From a virus (taxonomy: Duplodnaviria; Heunggongvirae; Uroviricota; Caudoviricetes), in the IMG/VR virus record IMGVR_UViG_2740892115_000003: a DNA stretch of 27,180 bases; one strand, given 5' to 3'. The notes beneath the pieces were generated by a model that ran no database searches, had not been told where the DNA came from, and worked only from the letters and a program-made list of their open reading frames with translations. Positions 13,003 to 21,625 of the stretch are shown here, piece by piece (position 1 is the first letter of the stretch; every line of letters begins with the position of its first letter). The position numbers and the translations under genes are program-made.

Positions 13003-14753
13003 CAGAACTCCATAACCGTGAAACGCTCGTTTTCTCCTTCGCCGCCAATCGGTTCGTTAATGACAGCAAGCATGGTTGCCCACGCAAGGTCGCCGTGGCT
13101 GATCCCCCTCGCGCGGTCCGTTTCGTAAGTGATAAAGCCGCCCGGTGTTTTCACCTTACGCACGGCGTTAAAGGCCGCGACCAGCTCGCGTTCGGCGCGA
13201 TCGTATTCCCACCGCCCGGCACGCATTATTTGCAGCATTTTCAGTACCAGCGACCGTTTTGATGACAGCGTGAAGGTGTACGGAATAGCAGCAGGGAAAA
13301 ACCGCTTCACTATCTGATAAACAGCCTCCCCGTTCCCGCCCGTCACATCAATGCCGATGTGTTCCACGTTGTAGCGACACGTGAACTCTTCAATGACTCT
13401 GGCCTGTTCTTCAAACTCCAGCCCCTGAACGCGTCGCGTCTCCACCGTTCGAAAACGGCCACCAGGAACAGCCGGAGGAACCACCACGGACACAGCGCCG
13501 CTGTCGCCGTTGCCACTGCTGCCGTTTGCGTCATACCCAATCCATACCGGACGATTCCCCATCGGGCGGGGAGCAAAAGGTTTCCAGTCTTTCCAGTCGT
13601 CGTATCCGTCAACACCGCAGCCAATCAGGATATTCAGGTTAAATGCCGATTCCCCTTCGCGGACAAACTCACACATATAGAGATTGAGGAACTCGTCTTC
13701 GGTGTTTTCATCACGAATTTCGTCGATATCGGTGTGTTTCCAGCCGTGATTAACCACATCTTCCAGCGTGACAATTTGCCGCCACGTCCGGTCAGGGCAG
13801 ATAAGCCCGTTATGCAGCGTTTTCCAGTCAACAGAAAAACGCTGGCGTTTATGCGTGGCCTTTTTCTCGTTCCAGCGGTCGCCGTTCCAGTAGGCGTATG
13901 CCTCGTGCGTTTCGGTGGATGGCGTGGAGAAGTAGGTGCGCCGCAGTCCGCTGAGGGTTGCCATAGCGCCAGCCACCTTGCGCAGTTCAGCAAAGCGACT
14001 GACCCAGAAAAATTCATCAAAATAAAAATTGCCCGTATAGGACTGTGCCGACGCAGCAGAAGTGCCGAGAAAATGCAGCTCTGCGCCGTTGGAGAGGATG
14101 ATTTTATCGCCCCCTTTCAGCTCCACATCAACTTCAGCCGCAGCCTTCTGAATAATGCTTTTAAACTGGAACGCCTGACGACGCGACGCAGACAAAAAAA
14201 TCTGGTTACGCTGGTAAGGTTGCGCCACATCGTCACGCAGCGCCATCAGCAGTGCTTCCTGTGCAAAATACCAGGTCGCGCCAATCTGTCGGGATTTCAG
14301 GATCATCCTGTTACGTATCCCGGCTTCCCTGCAAAGGGTCAGGGAGTCAAACCAGCCCCGCTGATGCCACTCCAGCCTGCTGATGATTTTTTCCCGCAGT
14401 GCGGCAATCTGTTCCGGCGTGAAATGATTTTTGAGTTTTTTCGCCCGGCCTTTCTTTCCTGTGGCCGTCGCATCCGGCTGGCCATCATGCATTTTTTTAA
14501 GCTGCCGGGTCAGCAGGTCTATTTCCTTAAAGTCACCGCCTGTTTTATTCTGTTTTTCAGTAAGCTGGATGAGGCGCGCATCGATGGACTGCGTGACACG
14601 CTGCACGGGTGGCGTTTCATCCCACTGGTCGCGTTTTTTCCACGCATAAATCGTGTTCGGGTTTATTCCCATCAGACGTGATATTTCTGCGGGCGGATAA
14701 CCCTGCCAGTAAAGTTGCCGCGCACGCTGGCGCACAAAAGCGTCCTGAATCAT
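13002..14753 (-). CDS. P: Terminase large (ATPase) subunit (P2 gpP family)
   Basis: It is 583 aa and divergent from O. It has an N-terminal HTH-like region plus a SRQIGATWYFA ATPase-region motif. Its position is syntenic. Confidence 0.95.
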   Translation of the reverse strand: MIQDAFVRQRARQLYWQGYPPAEISRLMGINPNTIYAWKKRDQWDETPPVQRVTQSIDARLIQLTEKQNKTGGDFKEIDLLTRQLKKMHDGQPDATATGKKGRAKKLKNHFTPEQIAALREKIISRLEWHQRGWFDSLTLCREAGIRNRMILKSRQIGATWYFAQEALLMALRDDVAQPYQRNQIFLSASRRQAFQFKSIIQKAAAEVDVELKGGDKIILSNGAELHFLGTSAASAQSYTGNFYFDEFFWVSRFAELRKVAGAMATLSGLRRTYFSTPSTETHEAYAYWNGDRWNEKKATHKRQRFSVDWKTLHNGLICPDRTWRQIVTLEDVVNHGWKHTDIDEIRDENTEDEFLNLYMCEFVREGESAFNLNILIGCGVDGYDDWKDWKPFAPRPMGNRPVWIGYDANGSSGNGDSGAVSVVVPPAVPGGRFRTVETRRVQGLEFEEQARVIEEFTCRYNVEHIGIDVTGGNGEAVYQIVKRFFPAAIPYTFTLSSKRSLVLKMLQIMRAGRWEYDRAERELVAAFNAVRKVKTPGGFITYETDRARGISHGDLAWATMLAVINEPIGGEGENERFTVMEF

Positions 14754-14907
14754 TGCTCCCCCTGAGTAATTACAGGAAGATTACCCGCGCGCGAAACCGT
14801 TCTCCTTAACCCCCTGCTCTGACTGTTTTCTTACAACAAAAGCCCTTTGTATCTGCCTGTTACGCTTTGCCATCATGACTGAAGAACCAGTCAGAGGGGC
14901 AAAAACT
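14754..14907. promoter_or_regulatory. Divergent late promoter region (P_P / P_O)
   Basis: This is the intergenic region between the divergent P and O genes, as in P2. A dyad TGTT-N7-AACA (14824-14838) is centred about 77-78 bp from each start codon. Confidence 0.5.
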
Positions 14908-15744
14908 ATGGCTAATGAAAAAAAGACATCCCGCAAAAAGTTTCGCGTGGCTGTCTCCGGTGTAACGGCAGACGGGCGCGAAATCAACGGCGACATGCTG
15001 AAAGCTGCCGCCACCAGTTATAACCCGTCCGTTTATGGTGCACGTGTGAATATTGAGCACATCCTGTCACCACTCCCCGGTAGCGAGTTTTCCGCTATGG
15101 GCGATGTTGTGGGGTTGAGCACCGAAGACATAACCGATGGTCCGCTGGCAGGCCGCACGGCACTGTATGCCGAAATTGAGCCGACCACTCGCATGATGTC
15201 CCTGCTTAACGATGGTAAAAAAATTTACTCCAGTATTGAGCTGGAACCACAGTCAACCATCACGGGAGGCCCTTACCTGCGCGGGCTGGCAATGACCGAC
15301 ACCCCCGCCAGCCTGGGCACGGAACGTCTGGCCTTTGCGGCACAACAACGTATGCAACTGATGACATTCAACTGTCAGCAGGGAGAGGTGGCGATGTTCA
15401 CCGCCGCTATGGAGTCGGAACTCATCGAACTCACCGAACATCGTCAGGAAGAAGGCACCCAGTGGTTTAACCGCGTTATGGGGATTATTGGCCGTGGCCG
15501 CAAAGCGGATGACGCCAGTTTCTCCCGTATTCAGGAAGCGGTGGAAGGTGTCGCAACGTCACAGGCCGACATTATCGACCGTTTTAATGCACTGGAAACC
15601 CGCCATCAGCAGGACAGCCAGAAAATCACGTCACTGACCACAGAGCTGACAACACTGAAGGAAAAGCTGTGCACGCAGGACGGCGATCCGCAGAACCGGT
15701 TCACCGCAACGGGCGCAGCCTCCGACCAGCTGGCTGACTTCTGA
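14908..15744 (+). CDS. O: Capsid scaffolding protein / protease (P2 gpO family)
   Basis: The ATG at 14908 follows AGAGGGG. The track start at 14875 is in frame but less likely. FRVAVSGVTADGREI...YNPSVYGARVNIEH and GLAMTDTPASLGTE align with P2 gpO (from memory). Confidence 0.9.
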   Translation: MANEKKTSRKKFRVAVSGVTADGREINGDMLKAAATSYNPSVYGARVNIEHILSPLPGSEFSAMGDVVGLSTEDITDGPLAGRTALYAEIEPTTRMMSLLNDGKKIYSSIELEPQSTITGGPYLRGLAMTDTPASLGTERLAFAAQQRMQLMTFNCQQGEVAMFTAAMESELIELTEHRQEEGTQWFNRVMGIIGRGRKADDASFSRIQEAVEGVATSQADIIDRFNALETRHQQDSQKITSLTTELTTLKEKLCTQDGDPQNRFTATGAASDQLADF

Positions 15745-15767
15745 TAAGACAAAGGAGCAAATTTTTT

Positions 15768-16820
15768 ATGAATCTGGTGATGTCAGATAATGCCCGTAAC
15801 AAGCTGGGCCGCTACATGACGCGACAGGCATCGATTAACAATATCCCGGTTTCTGGACTGGTATCGCGATTTACCGTGGAACCCTCGGTGCAGCAGCGTT
15901 TTGAAAACGCCTCAAAGGAAAGTACCGAATTTACGAAAAGAATTAACGTGATCGGCGTGACCGACCAGAAAGGCGAAAAAATCCTCCTGGACACCACCGG
16001 GCCAATTGCGCGCACGAATAGCAGTTATGACGGCATCAAACGCCGTAACCCGAATAACGTGATCGATATGAAGTCTCGTCAGTACCAGTGCGAACAGGTG
16101 AACTACGATACCTTTATTTCGTACCCACAGCTTGATACCTGGGCGGCCCACAGCGATTTTCAGTCCCGTATCAGTACACAGATCACCCGGCAGGTAGCGC
16201 TTGATCGCATCATGATTGGCTTTAACGGCACATCCCACGCCTACGAGTCTGATTTTCACACCAACAAGCTGCTTCAGGACGTTAACGTGGGCTGGCTGGA
16301 GCACATCAGAACCGATGCCAGCGAGCGCGTAATGAATGACGTGACGCTGACCTCCCGCAACATGGACAACACTGTGGCGCACGCGGGTAAATACGCGAAC
16401 CCTGATGCACTGGTACAGGATGCGCGCTCATCCCTGCTGGATGAATGGCACAAGGAAGCAGACGACCTCGTGGTGATTATGGGACGCAACCTGTTTAACT
16501 CGCTGCGTCTGCCCGTACTGAACAGCATCAGCGGCCAGAATCCCAATGCGGAATTACTTGCCGGGCAGCTCATCCTGTCATCGCGCACCATTGGCGGGCT
16601 GGGCGTGTTCCTTGCGCCGTTCTTCCCGGATGCAACGATGCTGATCACCTCGTTCAACAACCTGTCGATTTACTGGCAGAAAGGTTCAATGCGTCGCCTG
16701 ATGAAAGACGAGCCGGAATACAACCGCATCGCCACCTACCAGTCCATCAATGACGCTTATGTCGTTGAAGACTATGGCAAGTGCGCGATGATCACTGGCC
16801 TGAAGTTCGCCGACAGCTAA
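15768..16820 (+). CDS. N: Major capsid protein (P2 gpN family)
   Basis: An AAGGAG ribosome-binding site lies upstream. FTVEPSV.Q, GFNG, VGWL, LSIY and YVVEDY align with remembered P2 gpN. Confidence 0.95.
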   Translation: MNLVMSDNARNKLGRYMTRQASINNIPVSGLVSRFTVEPSVQQRFENASKESTEFTKRINVIGVTDQKGEKILLDTTGPIARTNSSYDGIKRRNPNNVIDMKSRQYQCEQVNYDTFISYPQLDTWAAHSDFQSRISTQITRQVALDRIMIGFNGTSHAYESDFHTNKLLQDVNVGWLEHIRTDASERVMNDVTLTSRNMDNTVAHAGKYANPDALVQDARSSLLDEWHKEADDLVVIMGRNLFNSLRLPVLNSISGQNPNAELLAGQLILSSRTIGGLGVFLAPFFPDATMLITSFNNLSIYWQKGSMRRLMKDEPEYNRIATYQSINDAYVVEDYGKCAMITGLKFADS

Positions 16821-16829
16821 TCAACTCAC

Positions 16830-16848
16830 GGCGGGCATCATGCCCGCC
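16830..16848 (+). terminator. GC-rich hairpin after the capsid gene (attenuator or mRNA-stability element)
   Basis: GGCGGGCA, a TCA loop, then TGCCCGCC. There is no U-tract, so full termination is unlikely. Confidence 0.4.
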
Positions 16849-16865
16849 TGTAACGGAGAGAAAAA

Positions 16866-17666
16866 ATGATTACTCCTGCACAACAACACTGGCTGAACGT
16901 GATGGCACAGCGCGCAGGCCGGGCGAATGAAGGTGTGGACCACGCCGCGCGTACCGCGCATGAAGAGGTGCTGTATCGTCTGCGTCTGGCACAGGCCAGG
17001 CTAAAGGGCGTACAGGCCAGAAGCGCGAAAGCCGCCATCAAAAAAGAGTTGTTGCCGGATTTTTCCGGCTGGATTGAGGGAACGCTGGAAGCTGACGGCG
17101 GGCAGCAGGATGAAGTGATTGCCACGCTGATGGTGTGGGCGATTGACTGCGGCGATCTTCCGCTGGCGCTGCGTATTGGTGCATATGTGGTCCGTCACAA
17201 CCTCATCATGCCGGATAACTTTGGCCGTACTGCTGCCACGGTACTGACCGAAGAAATCTGCAACCCGGTACTGACGCAGGCCGGGACGGATGCCGACGCG
17301 GATTTATCCGCCTTTATCGAACCACTGGACACACTTTGGGAAATTGTCGCCAACCAGGACATGCCGGACGAAGTGCGCGCCAAATTATGCAAGGCGTGTG
17401 CCTTTGCCCGTCGTGGCCTGACCGATGCAGACAACATGGCCTCATCACTGAAGCTGCTGCGCGAAGCGATGCACCTGAACCCGAACGCAGGTGTGAAACG
17501 CGAGATTGCAACCCTTTCCCGCGCCCTGAAAAAAGCCGATTCCGCAGCCGCACCAGAAGACGCCAGCGCACAGCAGACGCAGGACGAAAGCAGCAAAAGT
17601 AAAAAGACAACGCAGAAGCCTGCAACACGAAAAATCACCGCGTCGCAGAAGGCGAAGCGCGGTTAA
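16866..17666 (+). CDS. M: Terminase small subunit (P2 gpM family)
   Basis: TPAQQHW..., KKELLP, DMPDEVRAKL and AGVKREI align with remembered P2 gpM. It has a basic C-terminal tail. Confidence 0.9.
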   Translation: MITPAQQHWLNVMAQRAGRANEGVDHAARTAHEEVLYRLRLAQARLKGVQARSAKAAIKKELLPDFSGWIEGTLEADGGQQDEVIATLMVWAIDCGDLPLALRIGAYVVRHNLIMPDNFGRTAATVLTEEICNPVLTQAGTDADADLSAFIEPLDTLWEIVANQDMPDEVRAKLCKACAFARRGLTDADNMASSLKLLREAMHLNPNAGVKREIATLSRALKKADSAAAPEDASAQQTQDESSKSKKTTQKPATRKITASQKAKRG

Positions 17667-17682
17667 CGACTGACCCCGTCAG

Positions 17683-17755
17683 CGGGCGGCGTGCGCGGTG
17701 TTCCGGTTTGACTCCGTGACCGTTTACACCGCGCACCCACCGCCCGATTTTTTTT
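17683..17755 (+). terminator. Long imperfect hairpin followed by T8, between M and L
   Basis: CGGGCGG (17683-17689) pairs with CCGCCCG (17740-17746). TGCGCGGTG (17692-17700) pairs with CACCGCGCA (17727-17735). A run of eight T follows at 17748-17755, directly before the AGGAG ribosome-binding site of L. Confidence 0.5.
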
Positions 17756-17769
17756 CAGGAGTGAACTCC

Positions 17770-18264
17770 ATGAGTATGGTTGCCAGAACTGAACCAGGAC
17801 CCGCAGAGGACGACATCACCGATACCGATGATGGCGACACTCGCATTTCAGCAGGTGCATTCTGGCCGGATATTGTGCTGCGCGAGCTGCGTCTGGCGGT
17901 ACGACTGCCGGGCCGCGTGACCACCTCCCGCCTGCTGCATACCGCCACTGGGGCCGTGGCTCACGTTACCCGCGAACTGGAAGCGTGGCAGCAGGAACAG
18001 CAGGCGGCTGGCCATCAGACGCTGGCCGATGTTCCGGCACCCGTAATTAACGGAGAAAGCGTCAATCTCTGGCACTGGCGCAATGCTGTTTATACCGCCA
18101 CACGTGCCCTGATTCTGGAGCGTTACCGCGATGCGGACACAACGGACAAGGGCGATCGCCGGGCGGACGCACTGGATATACAGACATCGGATTTGTGGCG
18201 CGATGTGAGCTGGGCCATCTCTGACATTCTGTGCCGCCCGCGAATCTTTGCGGAGTTGTGCTGA
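17770..18264 (+). CDS. L: Head completion / stabilisation protein (P2 gpL family)
   Basis: The ATG at 17770 follows AGGAG. The track start at 17698 lies inside the terminator structure. LADVPA..INGES, ERYRD, KGDRRAD and LWRDV.WA align with remembered P2 gpL. Confidence 0.9.
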   Translation: MSMVARTEPGPAEDDITDTDDGDTRISAGAFWPDIVLRELRLAVRLPGRVTTSRLLHTATGAVAHVTRELEAWQQEQQAAGHQTLADVPAPVINGESVNLWHWRNAVYTATRALILERYRDADTTDKGDRRADALDIQTSDLWRDVSWAISDILCRPRIFAELC

Positions 18265-18464
18265 TGAAAGTGAAGGCACTGGAAGACGACACCGTGGATT
18301 CGCTCTGTTTCCGGTACTACGGCACGACGCAGGGCGTCACCGAAAAGGTGCTGGATGCCAACCCCGGACTCTGTCAGCAGGTATTTCTGGACGCCGGGCA
18401 GGAAGTGGAGATGCCGGAGCCGGAGAAGAAGAAACGAGAAATGATTCAGTTGTGGGGGGAGTAG
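18264..18464 (+). CDS. X: Tail protein X (LysM-like)
   Basis: It has an ATGA overlap with L. DTVDSLCFRYYGTTQGVTEKVLDANPGL aligns with P2 gpX (DTLDAICVRYYGRTEGVVETVLAANPGL, from memory). Confidence 0.9.
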   Translation: MKVKALEDDTVDSLCFRYYGTTQGVTEKVLDANPGLCQQVFLDAGQEVEMPEPEKKKREMIQLWGE

Positions 18465-18466
18465 CA

Positions 18467-18790
18467 GTGAGCACCATTCAAACAGGGATCACAGAGCAGG
18501 TTATTGCGTGGCTCTTTGACCACCTGCCAACGGTGTATGCAGTAGGCGCGGCTGTCAGCATTTCCGCGCTGATGAGTCTTTATGACGGACGAACACTGGT
18601 TCAGACCGTAACGGGATCGCTGGCGTGCGGCGTTCTTGCCATGGCCGTGGCCGGGTCGCTGCGCTTCTTCGGGATCCCTGAGGATGCAGTGACGTTTTTT
18701 GGTGCCTCAATCGGTTTTATGGGCGCAGAGAAAGCACGCGACAAGGTTATTGCAATATTTGATCGCAGGGTGAAGGAGAGGAACGAATGA
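18467..18790 (+). CDS. Putative holin (three hydrophobic segments)
   Basis: The GTG at 18467 follows GGGGGGAG. It has three TM-like stretches and a charged C-terminus (KARDKVIAIFDRRVKERNE). It sits directly upstream of the endolysin with an ATGA overlap. It does not resemble P2 gpY. Confidence 0.6.
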   Translation: MSTIQTGITEQVIAWLFDHLPTVYAVGAAVSISALMSLYDGRTLVQTVTGSLACGVLAMAVAGSLRFFGIPEDAVTFFGASIGFMGAEKARDKVIAIFDRRVKERNE

Positions 18791-19179
18791 GCAACACATT
18801 TAAATTCAGCAGCCGAAGCGAAAAGAATTTGCAGGGTGTAAATCCTGATCTGGTGAAAGTGACCCGACGGGCGCTGGAAATCTCGGAAGTGGATTTTGGT
18901 ATCACCGAAGGATTGCGCAGTCGTTATCGTCAGAAGCAGCTCGTGACCACAGGCAAGAGCCAGACCATGAACAGTCGCCATCTCACAGGGCATGCCGTGG
19001 ATGTTGTGGCTTATGTCGGCAACCAGGTGTCATGGGAATGGCCGCTGTACGAAAAAATCGCAGCAGCATTCAGACAGGCCAGCCAGGAACTGAATATTCC
19101 GGTGGAATGGGGCGGCGACTGGAAGACCCTGAAAGACGGACCGCATTTTCAGTTACCACACGGAGCCTATCCGGCATGA
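18787..19179 (+). CDS. Endolysin, peptidase M15 (L-alanyl-D-glutamate / VanY-type zinc peptidase)
   Basis: It has the zinc-ligand pattern SRHLTGHAVDV ... DGPHFQL. It is 130 aa and sits in the lysis-cassette position. Confidence 0.9.
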   Translation: MSNTFKFSSRSEKNLQGVNPDLVKVTRRALEISEVDFGITEGLRSRYRQKQLVTTGKSQTMNSRHLTGHAVDVVAYVGNQVSWEWPLYEKIAAAFRQASQELNIPVEWGGDWKTLKDGPHFQLPHGAYPA

Positions 19180-19583
19180 AGCTCTGGCCCACGCTTGGCG
19201 TCGCTTTCCTTCTGATTGCCGCATGGGGAACATCCATGCGTCTGTCGTGGTCGCTGGGCCGGGAGAACGCCAGAAACGAAGCGCAGGCCAGCACCCTGAA
19301 AAGTACCGTCGACACACTGAATATCATCAGCGCCGGGGTACAGGATATGCAGCAGGTGCTGGCTCAGCTCCGCGCGGAAAATCAGCAACGCAATCAGGAC
19401 GGAGAGGTAAGACGTGAACAGCTACGCAACGATATTGCAAAAGATGAATGCGCCCACGCTTTGCCTGACGCTCGTTTTACTGACAGGTTGCGCAGGCACG
19501 CAGAACGCGCCAGGGCCAGCGCCGTCAGTCCGGCTTATACCGCAGACGCTGACCATGCCGGTAACGCCCCCCCCCTTCCCTGA
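19176..19583 (+). CDS. i-spanin (Rz/LysB-like)
   Basis: The ATG at 19176 overlaps the endolysin stop. It has an N-terminal TM segment (LWPTLGVAFLLIAAWG), then a coiled-coil-like charged region. Confidence 0.75.
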   Translation: MKLWPTLGVAFLLIAAWGTSMRLSWSLGRENARNEAQASTLKSTVDTLNIISAGVQDMQQVLAQLRAENQQRNQDGEVRREQLRNDIAKDECAHALPDARFTDRLRRHAERARASAVSPAYTADADHAGNAPPLP

Positions 19584-19725
19584 CCCACCCACATGGGGAA
19601 ACCTCGGAATATGGGGCGACCGCCTTCTGGATGCACTGGAAACCTGTAACGCGGATAAACGGGCCATTGCTGAACTGGATAAGAGAATAGCCGAACTGAC
19701 ACACCAGACGGGAGTAACACAATGA
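19444..19725 (+). CDS. o-spanin (Rz1/LysC-like outer-membrane lipoprotein), overlapping the i-spanin in the +1 frame
   Basis: MNAPTLCLTLVLLTGC carries a lipobox (LLTG|C). The mature part is proline-rich. It starts inside the i-spanin and extends beyond it, as with P2 lysB/lysC. Confidence 0.7.
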   Translation: MNAPTLCLTLVLLTGCAGTQNAPGPAPSVRLIPQTLTMPVTPPPFPDPPTWGNLGIWGDRLLDALETCNADKRAIAELDKRIAELTHQTGVTQ

Positions 19726-21602
19726 CCAGTAAGAACTTTGCACTGATTACAGCCATGACACAGGCTGAACTGACTCAAAAGGTGAATGAACATCTTGCGA
19801 AAGGGTGGCATCTTCAGGGGGAGACGCGGGTTGCCTACGAACCCGGCACCCCGTGGTATCTAATGCAGGCAATGGTGGCCGATGGCACTACAGACATCTC
19901 ACCTGATTCCCCCCAGCACGGCAGCGTGCCGGAGTGGTATTACGTGGTGGTACTTGCTGGTCAATCCAATGCCATGTCATATGGTGATGGAATGCCGCTG
20001 CCGGATTCTTACGATGCGCCCCACCCACGCATTAAGCAACTGGCCCGTCGCAACACAGTGACTCCCGGTGGTAAAGCATGCGCATTTAACGACATCATTC
20101 CGGCAGACCACTGCCTGCATGATGTTCAGGATATGAGCGCACTGAATCATCCGAAGGCAGACCTGAGCAAAGGGCAGTACGGCTGTGTCGGCCAGGGCTT
20201 ACATATTGCCAAAAAACTGCTTCCGTATATCCCGAATAACGCGGGGATCCTGCTGGTACCATGCTGTCGTGGTGGTTCGGCATTCACCCAGGGCGCGGAG
20301 GGGACATTCAGTGCGGACACGGGGGCCAGCCAGGATTCGGCGCGCTGGGGTGCGGGTAAGCCGTTATATCAGGACCTGATCGCACGCACCAAAGCGGCAT
20401 TACAGAAGAACCCGAAAAATGTGTTGCTGGCGGTGTGCTGGATGCAGGGCGAATTTGACATGAGCGCTGCCACCTACGCACAGCAACCGGACCTGTTCAC
20501 GGCCATGCTGAAGCAGTTCCGTACTGACCTTTCCGGATTTAACGCGCAGTGCCATGGCGGCAGTGCTGCAGTTGTACCGTGGATTTGTGGCGACACGACG
20601 TATTACTGGAAAAACACATACGGCACACAGTATGACTCCGTCTACGGCGCGTACAAAAACAGGGAGAGCGACAACGTTTTCTTTGTGCCGTTCATGACCG
20701 ACGGTAACGGCAACAACACGCCCACCAACTTACCGGCAGAAGACCCGGATATTGCTGATGCAGGTTATTACGGCGCGCAATCCCGTAGTAATGGTAATTG
20801 GGTATCGTCAAATCGTCCGACACATTTCAGTTCATGGGCGCGCAGGGGCATTATTTCGGATCGCCTGGCAACCGCTATTCTGAACGCAGTTGGTCGAACC
20901 AGCGCCTTCATCAGCGGTACCGCACCGGAGATTAAACCCTCGCCCGGCGGCGACACGCCATCGGGGCCGTCTGATGGTGACACATCCGTTCGTACAGTCT
21001 CCCTGCTGCCGACAGCCGGAGAGGCTGCTGCGCAGGGCTGGACCATCACCGGCGGCAGTGTTGCGCTGGAAGATGGTGTGTTTAAGGTTACCAAGCAGAG
21101 CAATAAAACCTGGTCCCTGATGCATCCGGTGGATGACGCAGTCTCCCTGCTGACACGGGGTGGCAGACTGAGCTGTAAGTTTCGACTGTCAGGCGCACTG
21201 ACCAACAACCAGTTCGGTCTGGGAATTTATCTGTATACCGATGTAGCGTTACCTGACGTCGTGGCGATGACCGGGACTGGTAACCCGTTCCTGATGTCGT
21301 TCTTCACCCAGACCACAGACGGCAAACTGAATCTGATGCATCACAAGAAAGCCGGAAACACAAAGTTGGGCGAGTTCGGGAATTACAGTAACGACTGGCA
21401 GACGCTGGAGCTGGTGTTCACCGCCGGCAGTGCCACGGTTACTCCGAAACTGAATGGAGTGGCTGGCCCGGCATTCCAGGTCATAAAAGACAGTCTGACA
21501 CTGGGGCTGAATGCGCTGACGTTAACTGATATCACTAAAAATGCCGCGTACGGCGTCGATATCGGTAGCCTGGTGCTGGAAATCAATAATCCCGCAGCAT
21601 AA
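19722..21602 (+). CDS. DUF1737 / sialate O-acetylesterase (SASA, SGNH-like) / C-terminal lectin-like protein (NanS-p-like)
   Basis: The N-terminus (ALITAMTQAELTQKVNEHLAKGWHLQGE) is DUF1737-like. The esterase has a GQSN nucleophile motif (VVLAGQSNAMSYGDG), then WMQGEFD and PTHFS. The C-terminal ~200 aa are beta-rich and LamG/ConA-like. Its ATGA start overlaps the o-spanin stop. Confidence 0.85.
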   Translation: MTSKNFALITAMTQAELTQKVNEHLAKGWHLQGETRVAYEPGTPWYLMQAMVADGTTDISPDSPQHGSVPEWYYVVVLAGQSNAMSYGDGMPLPDSYDAPHPRIKQLARRNTVTPGGKACAFNDIIPADHCLHDVQDMSALNHPKADLSKGQYGCVGQGLHIAKKLLPYIPNNAGILLVPCCRGGSAFTQGAEGTFSADTGASQDSARWGAGKPLYQDLIARTKAALQKNPKNVLLAVCWMQGEFDMSAATYAQQPDLFTAMLKQFRTDLSGFNAQCHGGSAAVVPWICGDTTYYWKNTYGTQYDSVYGAYKNRESDNVFFVPFMTDGNGNNTPTNLPAEDPDIADAGYYGAQSRSNGNWVSSNRPTHFSSWARRGIISDRLATAILNAVGRTSAFISGTAPEIKPSPGGDTPSGPSDGDTSVRTVSLLPTAGEAAAQGWTITGGSVALEDGVFKVTKQSNKTWSLMHPVDDAVSLLTRGGRLSCKFRLSGALTNNQFGLGIYLYTDVALPDVVAMTGTGNPFLMSFFTQTTDGKLNLMHHKKAGNTKLGEFGNYSNDWQTLELVFTAGSATVTPKLNGVAGPAFQVIKDSLTLGLNALTLTDITKNAAYGVDIGSLVLEINNPAA

Positions 21603-21625
21603 GGAAGAGCAGGAGAGCAAAACAG

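Noticed and set aside
13359-14681. 440-aa plus-strand ORF
   Set aside because: It is antisense to the terminase large subunit P, which is strongly supported. It is a typical long shadow frame in a GC-rich gene.
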